Assembly (NCBI GenBank): GCA_963785305.1
Contig: CAWAUV010000005.1
Span: 544,001-608,000, forward strand
Direction: 5' to 3'
DNA: 64,000 bases
From: an uncultured Planctomycetaceae bacterium
Lineage (GTDB): Bacteria > Planctomycetota > Planctomycetia > Pirellulales > PALSA-1355
Shown: positions 28,093 through 38,067 of the stretch, one piece after another
How the letters are laid out: each line of letters starts with the position of its first letter
Numbering within the stretch: the first letter of the stretch is position 1
Made by a program: the position numbers and the translations under genes
The notes under the pieces: generated by a model
Database searches by the model: none
Told to the model about the DNA's origin: nothing
The model's input: the letters and a program-made list of their open reading frames with translations, nothing else

Positions 28093-29863
28093 CTATTTCG
28101 GTTCGATGCCAAACATCGGCGAATGGTGGGCCTCGAGCGTCCGGCCCGGGCCCAGATACATGTGGACTCCGCACGGCAAGCATGGATCGAAACTGCGGAC
28201 CGTGCGGAGAATGTCGATGCCTTTGAAGTCGTCGATGCCGTTTTCCTCGAAGAGCGGGGTGTTTTGCACCGCGTCTTCGTAGGGGCCCGGCACACCGTTG
28301 GAATCGCGCGGACTGGCGTTCCAACAAGTTGGCGGATAAGGATGATAATTCGCGATCTTGCCATCGCGAATCACCACATGGTGCGACAAGATGCCGCGCA
28401 CCGCCTCATGAAAACCGCAGCCGATCGCCTCGGTCGGCACGGTGTAACTCACCGAGGTTTCGGTCCGTCCGGCATGGAAATCGGCCAGTGCCCGTTCGAC
28501 GAAATAGAGCGCCGCCGCCGCCGCATAGGCCTGGAAGTAGGTGCGCGCCGGCTCCGCTCGATCGTGTTGCTCCAGGCCGGCGTCTTCCACTCGAACTCGA
28601 CTTCGGGAAGGTTCATTGTCTTGGGCAGGTAAATCTTCACGCCGTGGCCCGTGGCCTGGATATAGCCGATATCGACTTTATTGGCTAAGGCCGTCACCCA
28701 GAGCCTCGCCAGGGGGCCGCCGCCGGTGTCGACCGCCAAGGTCTCGCCGCTCGCGGAATCGCGCCAGCGCGGCGACATGACCCACGTGTATTTGCCGGAG
28801 AAGTCGCGCGGCTGCGGCCGCGGCAAGGTCGACTGGTTCCAGGGATGCCGCTGATCGATCGGATTGCCCAAGGGGTCGTGCTTGACGAACGTGTCGCGGT
28901 TCCGCCAGTCGTCGTAAAACGAACTGCCGAGCAGAATGCGCATGCCGAGATTCAGCTCCACGAGATCGGTCGTGCGCAGCTTGCCATCGATCACCACGCC
29001 GGGCGTCACATACATGGCCCGACCCCAGTGGGTCATGGTTTCGTAGCGATAGTCGCAGACCTCGGGATTGTTGAATGAACCGCCGCAAGCCAAGAGCACT
29101 CGGCGGCGCCCGACCTCTTCATAGCCGGGAAGGCCTCGTAGAAAAAATCGAACAGGTCGTCGTGCAAGGGAACGACGCGTTTCATGAACTCGACATACTT
29201 GAGCAGCCGAATCAGATAATCGTTGAAAAGTTGGACGCTCGGCACGGTTCCAACACCGCCCGGGTAAAGTGTCGAGGGGTGCGCATGGCGGCCTTCCATG
29301 AGCGAGAACATTTCCCGCGTGAGGCGGCTCATTTGGAGCGCTTCGAGATAGAATTTGCCGGTAAACGGCGTGAGCGAGCGCATGATGTCGGCGATCGTGC
29401 GATAGCCATGCAAGTCGGCATGCGGCGCGGAGGTTTTTTCGGCCCTGCGCGAGAGCGCGGGATTCGTCTCCCGCACGATCTGTTCGCAGTAGTCCACGCC
29501 GACCAAATTGTCTTGATACAGACAATGGTCGAACATGTACTCGGCGGCTTCGCCCAGATTGATGATCCACTCGGCCATCGGCGGCGGACACATGCCGAAC
29601 GCCATGTTTTGCGCATAGCAGGCGCAGGTCGCGTGGTTATCGCCGCAAATCCCGCAAATCCGGCTGGTGATCAAATGCGAGTCGCGCGGGTCCTTGCCCT
29701 TCATGAACACGCTATAGCCGCGAAAAATCGACGAAGTGCTATGGCATTCGGCCACCACCCGATTCGCGAAGTCGATCTTGGCGTGGATGCCCAAGCTTCC
29801 CACGATCCGCGTGATCGGGTCCCACGACATCGTGACGAGCTTGGAATTCGACGCGGCGAGCAA
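28093..29863 (-). CDS. hhyL: Group 1h (former group 5) [NiFe]-hydrogenase large subunit (frameshifts near 29130 and 28555)
   Basis: MSWDPITRIVGSLGIH, L1 TSRICGICGDNH, L2 RSFDPCLPCGVH followed by a cleavable C-terminal extension. Confidence 0.9.
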
Positions 29864-29929
29864 TGGCTTGGCGATGAGATGATCCTTTCGACGAACAATG
29901 GAGGAACGCGACTACTCACGCGCTGCCGT

Positions 29930-31057
29930 TCACCGGAGCATTGCGAGCAACCGGGCGCCGCCGCCCGGCGACTCGGCGCCTTCCACGCCGCTCCCCACGT
30001 CCGCGCGAGAACCGCTCGAGGCAGTGCCGGCGCCGCGCCATTCGGGCTCGCGATTGAGCGAGGCGCGGGTAAAGTTCCGCAAGGCGCGCACGGTTTTGCC
30101 GTACATGACCACCGCCGTGGTCGAAAGCTGTGCGCCGGGTGGCTCTTCGAAAAACGGCATGAACTTATCGGGAAAGCCCGGCATCGTGCAACCGATGCAC
30201 ACTCCGCCCACATTCGGGCAGCCGCCGATGCCATTGATCCAGCCCCGCTTGCCGACATTGCATTGCACGACCGGCCCCCAGCAGCCGAGCTTGACGATAC
30301 ACTTCGTGGAACCGGCTTCATATCGCCCAGCGAAATCGGCTTGCTCGTAAAAACCGCCGCGATCGCAGCCCTCATGCACCGTGCTGCCGAAGAGCCAAGT
30401 GGGCCGCAGTTGCGCGTCGAGCGGAATCATCGGCGCCCGGCCGGCCGCTTGATTCAGCAGATAGAGCACGACTTCCATGAAATTATCGGGCTGCACCGGG
30501 CAGCCGGGCACGCACACCAACGGAATCTCGCACGAAGATCGCCAGTTCCACCCCAAGTAGTCGGCCAGTCCCATTGCGCCGGTCGGATTGCCGGCCATGG
30601 CGTGAATGCCGCCATAGGTCGCGCATGTGCCGCATGCCACCACGGCCCACGCTTTTGGCGCGAGGCGGTCGATCCAATCGCAGGTGGGAATCGGCTGGCC
30701 GGTCTTGGCATCGGTTCCCAGGGCGGCCCAATAGCCCGAGAGCTTATTTCGTTCGTTGGGAATCGAGCCCTCGACGACCAGAATAAACGGCCGCTCGAGA
30801 CGTCCTTCGCCCGCCTGATAAAACGGCGCAAGAAACTTCTCGCCCACTTCGATCGAGAGCACCGGATGATGCAATGTCACCCGCGGCAGGCCCGGAATGG
30901 CGCCGAGCAAGATATCTTCCAGGCTCGGCTGGGTGGCGGCGGTGATCGCGATTGAATCGCCATCGCAGCCGAGGCCAGCCGTAATCCAGAGGATATCGAC
31001 CGCCGCGACCTCGGGCTGATGTTGCGTCGTGCGTCCGTGAAACCCAGAATCCTTCAT
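29930..31057 (-). CDS. hhyS: Group 1h [NiFe]-hydrogenase small subunit
   Basis: ILWITAGLGCDGDS (Cys/Asp proximal ligation), GTCATYGG, PGCP, HEGCDRG, CIVKLGCWGP, CPNVGGVCIGC; no Tat signal. Confidence 0.9.
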   Translation of the reverse strand: MKDSGFHGRTTQHQPEVAAVDILWITAGLGCDGDSIAITAATQPSLEDILLGAIPGLPRVTLHHPVLSIEVGEKFLAPFYQAGEGRLERPFILVVEGSIPNERNKLSGYWAALGTDAKTGQPIPTCDWIDRLAPKAWAVVACGTCATYGGIHAMAGNPTGAMGLADYLGWNWRSSCEIPLVCVPGCPVQPDNFMEVVLYLLNQAAGRAPMIPLDAQLRPTWLFGSTVHEGCDRGGFYEQADFAGRYEAGSTKCIVKLGCWGPVVQCNVGKRGWINGIGGCPNVGGVCIGCTMPGFPDKFMPFFEEPPGAQLSTTAVVMYGKTVRALRNFTRASLNREPEWRGAGTASSGSRADVGSGVEGAESPGGGARLLAMLR

Positions 31058-31134
31058 GGGCGCCGCCTTGCGAGAACCGGGGAGAAAGGAATCGACGCGT
31101 TCAGGCGCAATCCCCAGAACGTGGAATGCCGTTT

Positions 31135-31163
31135 GTTGTAGCCCAAGGCGCCATAAACTTCAA
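31135..31163 (-). promoter_or_regulatory. Candidate sigma70 promoter of hhySL
   Basis: Minus strand TTGAAG-N17-TACAAC. Confidence 0.45.
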
Positions 31164-31181
31164 GGAGAAGCGACGCATTGC

Positions 31182-32722
31182 TGTTGTCAACCATTAGAAA
31201 TGTCCCTATTGGGCGTTCAATAGAAATGTCCCCGTTGGTTAAAGGGTTGAAGGGGTTTTTGGAAAAGGAAAAATTGGCTGCTATCACTCCGGCTCGCTAG
31301 CGCTCGCCTCCGTGATAGCAGCCAATTTTCGCGGCCGGGGGTCGTCATCCGGTGGCGACAAGATCGGGCTCTTGGAAGGTCGTGGGAGCGCGTTTCCGGC
31401 CCCGCCAAGGGTGGTTGGCGGCTGGGCGTTGGCCTTGGCTCGAACCGGTCGGTCCGGTCCGTTGCGGACGCTTGCGCGCCGCCGGCGGACGAACGTCAGC
31501 CGCTGTCCAAGTCCACTCGCGGCCGCCCGAGAAAATCCGCAGCCGCCCATCGGGCTGTTGGCACACCTCCACTTTCTGGCCGGGCTGGACGAAAGGCGCC
31601 GACTCGGCGGGCAATTGCAAGAAACGGTTTCGCCAACGCACCGTCCAGTCGAACTGCACCGTGCGCAGTTCGCGCGCCGAGAGAACCCGATCGAGATCCA
31701 CGCCCGCCGGCAGCGGCCGATGGGCGTCGCTGGGATCAGCCGCCGATCTGCCGAACTGCGTATTGAACTCGCCCAGGAACGTCTCTTCCAAGAACGCATT
31801 GGCGCTCGTCAGGTCGCTGATTCCGAATCGCCGCAAGGCCTTGACCAGCCGATCTTGCAACGTGCGGTTGACCCGCTCGACGCGACCTTTCGCCTGGGGG
31901 CTGCGGGCCAGGATCAGTTCCACGTCCAGCTCGCGCATGGCCCGGCCGAACTGCGTTTCAGGCCGCTTTCCGCGGGCCAGCTCCTCCGGCGTCGGCTCGC
32001 GATCCGCACGATAAATGCTAGCCTGATCGACGTACAATCCCGCTGGCAAGCCGTGTCGGCGGACATAACGGCCAAACGTTTCTTGTGCCGCCTCCAACGT
32101 CTCGGCTTCGAAGAACCGGGCGTAAATCGCGCCCGTCGCGTCGTCGATGATGACCATCAGCACGGCCCAGCCGCGGCGTCCCTCGAACCAGTCGTGATGC
32201 GAGCCGTCCATCTGCTCCAAGTCGCCAAGCCGCGGACGCCGCGGTCGGCGGCGGCGGTGCTTGGCCCGCCGTCGCTCCCGGGTCCACAGTCCCGCCGCAA
32301 GCAACCACCGCCGCAACGAGCCCGCCGAAACCCGCAAGCCGTCTTCGCTCGCCAGGCATTCGGCCGCCAAGGTCGGCCCGTAGTCCGCGTATTTCTCTCG
32401 AAACAGCTCCAACGCCCGCTCCCGTTGCTCGCTCCGCCGGCCACGGTTGCTAGCACGGCCACGCAGGCCATGCGACAAGCCGGCCGTCCCATCTCGCTGG
32501 TAACGAGACCACGACCGCTTGGCCTGGCGATAGCTGATCTTCAACTGCCGCGCCGCCTCGCCCAAACTCCAACTCTTATCCAGCACGCGACCAAACGCGG
32601 CCAAACGCCGCAACTCCTTGACGCTCATCGTCCATGTCTCCATCGCCGCCTCCTTTCGAGGCCGCGACAATGGGGACATTTCTAATGAACGCCTATGGGG
32701 ACATTTCTATTGGCGCATGACA
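31182..32722 (-). mobile_element. IS1202/ISNCY-like insertion sequence, copy 1
   Basis: Ends TGTCATGCGCCAATAGAAATGTCCCC and TGTTGTCAACCATTAGAAATGTCCC, each with a second internal TAGAAATGTCCC. Near-identical inverted copy at 38052..39582. Confidence 0.9.
31345..32643 (-). CDS. DDE transposase, ISNCY/IS1202 type (intact)
   Basis: N-terminal HTH, EQMDGSHHDWF, IIDDATG, LYVDQASIY, SPQAKGRVERVNRTLQDRL. Confidence 0.9.
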   Translation of the reverse strand: METWTMSVKELRRLAAFGRVLDKSWSLGEAARQLKISYRQAKRSWSRYQRDGTAGLSHGLRGRASNRGRRSEQRERALELFREKYADYGPTLAAECLASEDGLRVSAGSLRRWLLAAGLWTRERRRAKHRRRRPRRPRLGDLEQMDGSHHDWFEGRRGWAVLMVIIDDATGAIYARFFEAETLEAAQETFGRYVRRHGLPAGLYVDQASIYRADREPTPEELARGKRPETQFGRAMRELDVELILARSPQAKGRVERVNRTLQDRLVKALRRFGISDLTSANAFLEETFLGEFNTQFGRSAADPSDAHRPLPAGVDLDRVLSARELRTVQFDWTVRWRNRFLQLPAESAPFVQPGQKVEVCQQPDGRLRIFSGGREWTWTAADVRPPAARKRPQRTGPTGSSQGQRPAANHPWRGRKRAPTTFQEPDLVATG

Positions 32723-32740
32723 TCGGCCCGTGCTCGGCCC

Positions 32741-32769
32741 TTGACACTCTCCGTCGGCGGCGCCACGCT
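32741..32769 (+). promoter_or_regulatory. Candidate sigma70 promoter of hyfB
   Basis: Perfect TTGACA-N17-CACGCT about 20 bp before the hyfB start. Confidence 0.4.
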
Positions 32770-32789
32770 CTGGGGCGGAGCAATCTCGG

Positions 32790-34875
32790 ATGAATGAACA
32801 TTTGAAGCTCGTGCTCGAAGGCGTCGCGCTGCTCGCGATTTCCGGTTTGCCCGGTCTGCTCGCGCCGCGACGCAATCGCGCCGGCCAAGCCATCGCCACG
32901 CTACTCGCCGCGCCAGGCTGTATCGCCGGGCTCATCGGAACCCTAGGTTCACTCGGCTCGGGCTCGATCCATCGCTTCGGCTCCTCGGAATATTGGCGGG
33001 CGCCGCTGGGTGGGTTCGTGATCGAGCTCGACGCGCTCACCTGCGTGTTTCTCTTGCCGGTGTTCGTGATCACGCTCGTCGGCTCGCTCTACGGCCTCGG
33101 CTACTGGCGCCAAAACGAGCATCCCGAAAACGCCGCGCGGCTCCAATTCTTTTATGGCCTCTTGGCCGCGGCGCTGGCAATGGTGACCCTGGCCCGCGAC
33201 GGGGTGTTGTTTCTCGTGGCCTGGGAGATCGTCGCCCTGTCGTCGTTCATGCTGATCAATAGCGAAGACGAACAAGAGGAAACTCGCTCGGCCGCATGGC
33301 TCTATCTGGCCGCGAGCCATGTGGCTGCGCTCGCGCTATTTGCCATGTTCTCGCTGCTTCGCGACGTTAACGGTTCGTTTGCCTTGGCGACCGTGGCGCC
33401 GGGCGCGGCCTCGCCGGGACAACTCCACGCGTTGTTTTTTCTGGCGCTCTTGGGCTTCGGGCTCAAGGCCGGCGTGATGCCGCTGCATGTCTGGCTACCC
33501 CCGCGCATGCCGCGGCGCCGAGCCATGTGTCGGCGATCATGTCGGGAGTGGTCATCAAGATGGGCATTTATGGCCTGGTGCGCGTGACCGGCCTGCTGCC
33601 CACCGCGCCCATCGCCTGGGGCTATGTGCTGGTGACGCTCGGCGCCGTGTCGGGCATTGTTGGCTTGGCGATGGCGCTGGGCCAATCCGATCTGAAACGC
33701 GCGCTCGCCTATGGCAGCGTGGAAAACATCGGCGTTATTTTCATGGGCCTCGGCCTCGCGCTTTGCGGACGCGCGGCCGAACAGCCCACTTGGATCGCGC
33801 TCGGTCTGGGCGGCGCGCTGCTCCATGTGTGGAATCATGCGCTCTTCAAGCCGCTCTTGTTCTTCTCCGCCGGCTCGGTCGTGCATGCCGCCGGCACGCG
33901 AAATATCAACCTGCTCGGCGGACTCGTGAAAGCGATGCCCTGGACCAGCTTGGCTTTCTTGATCGGAGCGCTCGGCGCCTGCGCGCTTCCGCCGCTCAAC
34001 GGCTTCACGAGCGAACTGCTTATTTATCTCGGAATTTTCCACACGCTGGTCGATCGGGCCAAGGACCACTTGTCGCTGTTGGCCTTCGCCGCTCCAGCCT
34101 TGGCATTTATCAGCGCCCTGAGCTTGGCGCTCTTCACGCAACTGTTCGGAGTGACATTTCTCGGCGCGGCCCGAGGGGTAAACGCCGAGCGGGTTCATGA
34201 GTCGCCCGGCACGATGTTGGTTCCGCTCGCGCCGCTGGTGGCGCTGATGGCGTGGATCGGCGTCGCGCCCACCACGTCGATCGGCTCGGCCGATGTCGCG
34301 GCCATATCGATATCTTTCGCGCCGGCGCGCCGTGGGGCATGGCGACGCGCCCCTCCGAACGCTCGGTGACCGGGGTGATCGATCGCGCGGTCGAAGGCTG
34401 GGCGCCGCGCCCGGCGGGCGAGCCGCGTCCGCCATCGCTGGCCGCGCTCGCGCCGCTCGACCGGTTGGGCGCCGTGGCCTCGCTCTTGATCGGCGGCGCC
34501 GCGGTGGTGGCGGTGGCCTATTGGCTGCGACTGCGTTCGGCGCCCTTGAGCCATGGCAAGACTTGGGACTGCGGCTACGCGCGCCCCACGGCCCGCATGC
34601 AATACACGGCGTCGGGCATGGGGCAAATTCTCACGCAGTTGCTCCGCGCCGTGCTGCGTCCGACCAGCGAGGGGCCCGATGTCGAGGGACTATTCCCCCG
34701 CTCCGGCCGTTTCCGCGTCGCGCCGCGCGATATGGTTCTCGACTTGGTCTTGCGGCCGTCGTTGCAATTTCTCGCGGCGCTCTTTTCGCGGCTGCGGCTA
34801 CGGCAGCAGGGCGTGGTGCAGGTTTATTTGTTGTATATCTTCGTGACGCTCGTGGCGCTCTTGGCGTGGGCTTAG
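32790..34875 (+). CDS. hyfB: Hydrogenase-4 component B-like proton-translocating membrane subunit (frameshifted)
   Basis: FLVAWEIVALSS, GFGLKAGVMPLHVWLP, MSGVVIKMGIYG, WNHALFK, LPPLNGFTSE, TWDCGYARPTARMQYT. Confidence 0.85.
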
Positions 34876-34928
34876 CCGTTGCCCCCCGGACGATCGCGCG
34901 GCGCGACGAACTGGAGTCGGATTTCAAG

Positions 34929-35842
34929 ATGGAGCGAACGCAACTTATCCTGCATGGCCTTGTCGCCTTGACACTGCCGCCGCTCCTGATCGGCGTCATC
35001 AACAAGACCAAGGCCAAGTTCGCCGGCCGCGTGGGTCCGCCCGTTTGGCAACCCTATCTCGAACTGGCGCGGCTCGTCCGCAAGGGAACCGTCTTCAGCC
35101 GCACGACTTCGTGGATCTTCCGGGCGGGGCCGATCGTGGGACTGGTGAGCGTGGGCGTCGCGGCTCTACTGGTTCCGCTTGGCTGTTCGCGAGCGCCGCT
35201 CGCATTTACCGGTGATATGCTCCTCGTGGTATCGCTTCTGGCGCTCGGGCGTTTCTTCGCCGTGGCCGCGGCGCTCGACACCGGTTCGGCGTTCGAGGGC
35301 ATGGGGGCGGCTCGCGAAGTGTCTTATGCGGCATTCGCCGAGCCAGGGCTCTTGCTCGGATTTCTGGTGCTCACTCGGCTCTCGGGGCACTTGGAGCTCG
35401 GGGAAATGTTGGGGAACCGCGGCGCGGCGGGGCTGGGCCTGGGTCAAGCCGCGATTGTGTTGGTCACGCTGAGTTGGTTCGTGATTCTGCTCGCCGAAAA
35501 CTGCCGCGTGCCGTTCGACGACCCCAACACGCATCTTGAGCTCACGATGATTCACGAAGTGATCGTGCTCGACCACAGTGGCCCGGCGCTGGCGATGATT
35601 CAATACGGGGCCTCGCTCAAGTTGATGCTCTTCGCGGCGCTCGTGCTCCGGCTGTTCGTGCCCTGGCGAAGCGCCGGCGGAGCGGGGGACTGGCTAGTGT
35701 CGATCGGGGCGCTCTTGCTCTTGGCGGTGGTCGTGGGAATCGTCGAGTCGATCATGGCGCGGCTTCGCTTGCTCGATATTCCGAAACTCTTGTTCGCGGC
35801 CGGAGCGCTGGCGCATTTGGACTCGTGCTGGTGAATCAATGA
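34929..35842 (+). CDS. hyfC: HyfC/HycD (NuoH-like) membrane subunit
   Basis: AGRVGPPVWQPYLEL, DTGSAFEGMGAARE, AENCRVPFDDPNTHLELTMIHE. Confidence 0.88.
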
Positions 35843-36538
35843 CGGCGCCGCTCATCGAAACGATCGCGCTGCCCGGCGCTTCGACCGACGGCGCAAGCTC
35901 CCGGGCTCGAATTGCTCTTGGTGTTGGTGTTGCTCCTCAATTTTCTCTTGCTGGGAGCCACGCGGCTGCGGCCCGTGATCCATGCGGTCGCGTTTCAAGG
36001 CGCCGCGCTCGCGATTTCGTTGCTCGTGGTCGAAGGACCGGGCGCGGGGAGCGGGGTACTGATTACGGCGGTGGCCACGCTCGCGCTGCGCGGCGTGTTC
36101 ATTCCCTGGTTGCTGTTCTCCGCCATGCGCCGGGCCGATGTTCGCTGGCAAGTCGAGTCGATTCTGGGGCCGATCAGTTCACTATTCGTGGGGGTTTTGG
36201 CGACGGCCGCGGCGCTGCGCTTCGCCGAGCGCTTGCCGGTGGCCGGCGCCGAGCATCGTGGCCTCTTGATCCCCACGGCGCTCGCCACGGTGCTCACCGC
36301 GTTTATCATCTTGGTCTCGCGCAAGAAGGCGATTAATTTGGTGCTGGGCTATGTGGTGCTCGAAAACGGCATCTTCGTGTTCGGGCTGCTGCTGCTCGAG
36401 GCGATGCCGGCCCTGGTCGAGATCGGCGTGCTGCTCGATCTGTTCGTGGGCATCTTTCTCATGGGCATCATCATGCGCCACGTGGCCCGGCATTTCGAAT
36501 CGGCCTCGGTCGAACGTATCACGTCGCCGCGCGAATAG
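35839..36538 (+). CDS. hyfE: HyfE-like membrane subunit
   Basis: LGYVVLENGIF, MPALVEIGVLLDLFV; lies between hyfC and hyfF. Confidence 0.82.
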
Positions 36539-36552
36539 GATTTGGGGATCGC

Positions 36553-38067
36553 ATGTTGACACTTTTGGTCGCGTTGCCGCTAGTCTTCGCGGCGATCGCG
36601 TTTTCAATCCCGTCGAACCGGTGGCGGCCCTGGGTGCTGCCGCTCGCCGCGTCGCTCGAGCTGGCGCTCGTGGGTCGGCTCGTGTTCATGGCCCCATCCG
36701 CCGTGGTTGTTTACGAACACGGCAAATGGCTGGCGTTCGATCCGCTCGGCGCCGTGTTCCTCCTGCTCATCGCCACATTGTTCTTTCTGGCGTCGGGCTA
36801 CGCGCCGGCGTATCTCGCCCTGCGATCGGATCGCGACAACCGCGTCTTTTGCGGCTGCGTGCTCCTGTCGCAAGGCATGATGACGCTCATCATTCTCTCG
36901 CATCATTTGGGCCTGTTGTGGGTGGCGCTCGAAGCGACCACGCTATCGACGGCGCCCGGCATCTACTTCAATCAAAACCCGAGAAGCTTGGAAGCGACTT
37001 GGAAGTATTTGCTGATCTGTTCGGTGGGCGTGGCGCTGGCGCTGTTCGGATCGCTGCTGCTGGCGTTTTCCGCGCTGGACGCGCGGGTCGACACCACGCT
37101 GCTGTTCGACGATCTGGTGCGCGAAGCGCCGCGACTCTCGCCGCCGTGGCTGCGGGCAGCCTTCATGATGTTGCTCGTGGGCTACGGCACGAAGATGGGC
37201 CTCGCCCCGCTGCATGCCTGGAAGCCGGAAACCTATAGCGAGGCGCCCGGCATGCTGGGCGCGCTCCTGGCCGGCGGCATGACAAGCTGCGCCTGCTCGC
37301 GATCTTGCGGTTCTATCAAATCCTGGTGGCGGCCGGAAAAATCGAAGTGGTGCAACCGGTGCTGATCGTGATGGGCATCGTGTCGATGTCGGTGGCGGCC
37401 GCATTCATGGCCCGGCAGAAGGATTTCAAACGCATGCTCGCCTTTTCGAGCGTCGAGCAAATGGGGATTCTGACGTTTGGCGTGGGCGTGGGCGGACCCG
37501 CGATTTACTTCACGCTGTTTCACATGCTCGGCAACGGGATCATCAAGCTGGCTCTTTCTGTCGGCCGGCAATATCCATCGCGCCTTCGACAGCAAATTCG
37601 TCGGCGAGACCCAAGGCGCCGCTCGGCGATTGCCGGTTTCGGGATGGGCGTTTTGGATCGCCTTTCTGGCCATCAGCGGAGCGCCGCCCTTCTCGCCGTT
37701 TTTGAGCAAATTGGGCATTGTTTCGGCCGCGTTCGCGGGCCGGCATTATCTGTCGGCCACCTTGTTTCTGGTCGCGATGGCCTTCGTGTTTCTGGCCATG
37801 GGGTGGCCGATGATGGGCCTTGTGTTCGGCAAACCAACGGCCCCGCCTTGCCAGACCCGGTTTCGCGATCAGGCGGGCACCATCTGGCCGATTCTCGTGG
37901 CCCTGGGACTCGTGGTCGGGCTCGGCGTGGCGATGCCGCCCGAGGTAAACCGCCTGTTGGTCGCGGCGAGCGACTATTTGGACCACCCCGGCGGCCAGCC
38001 GCCCGCGGCTGAGCGGGCGGAAACGCCGCCGAAAGATTCGCAACACGCCGATGTCATGCGCCAATAG
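36553..38067 (+). CDS. hyfF: HyfF-like proton-translocating membrane subunit (frameshifted; stop codon supplied by IS copy 2)
   Basis: LWVALEATTL, SLEATWKYLLICSVG, GYGTKMGLAPLHAWKP, KRMLAFSSVEQMG, GAPPFSPF. Confidence 0.85.
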
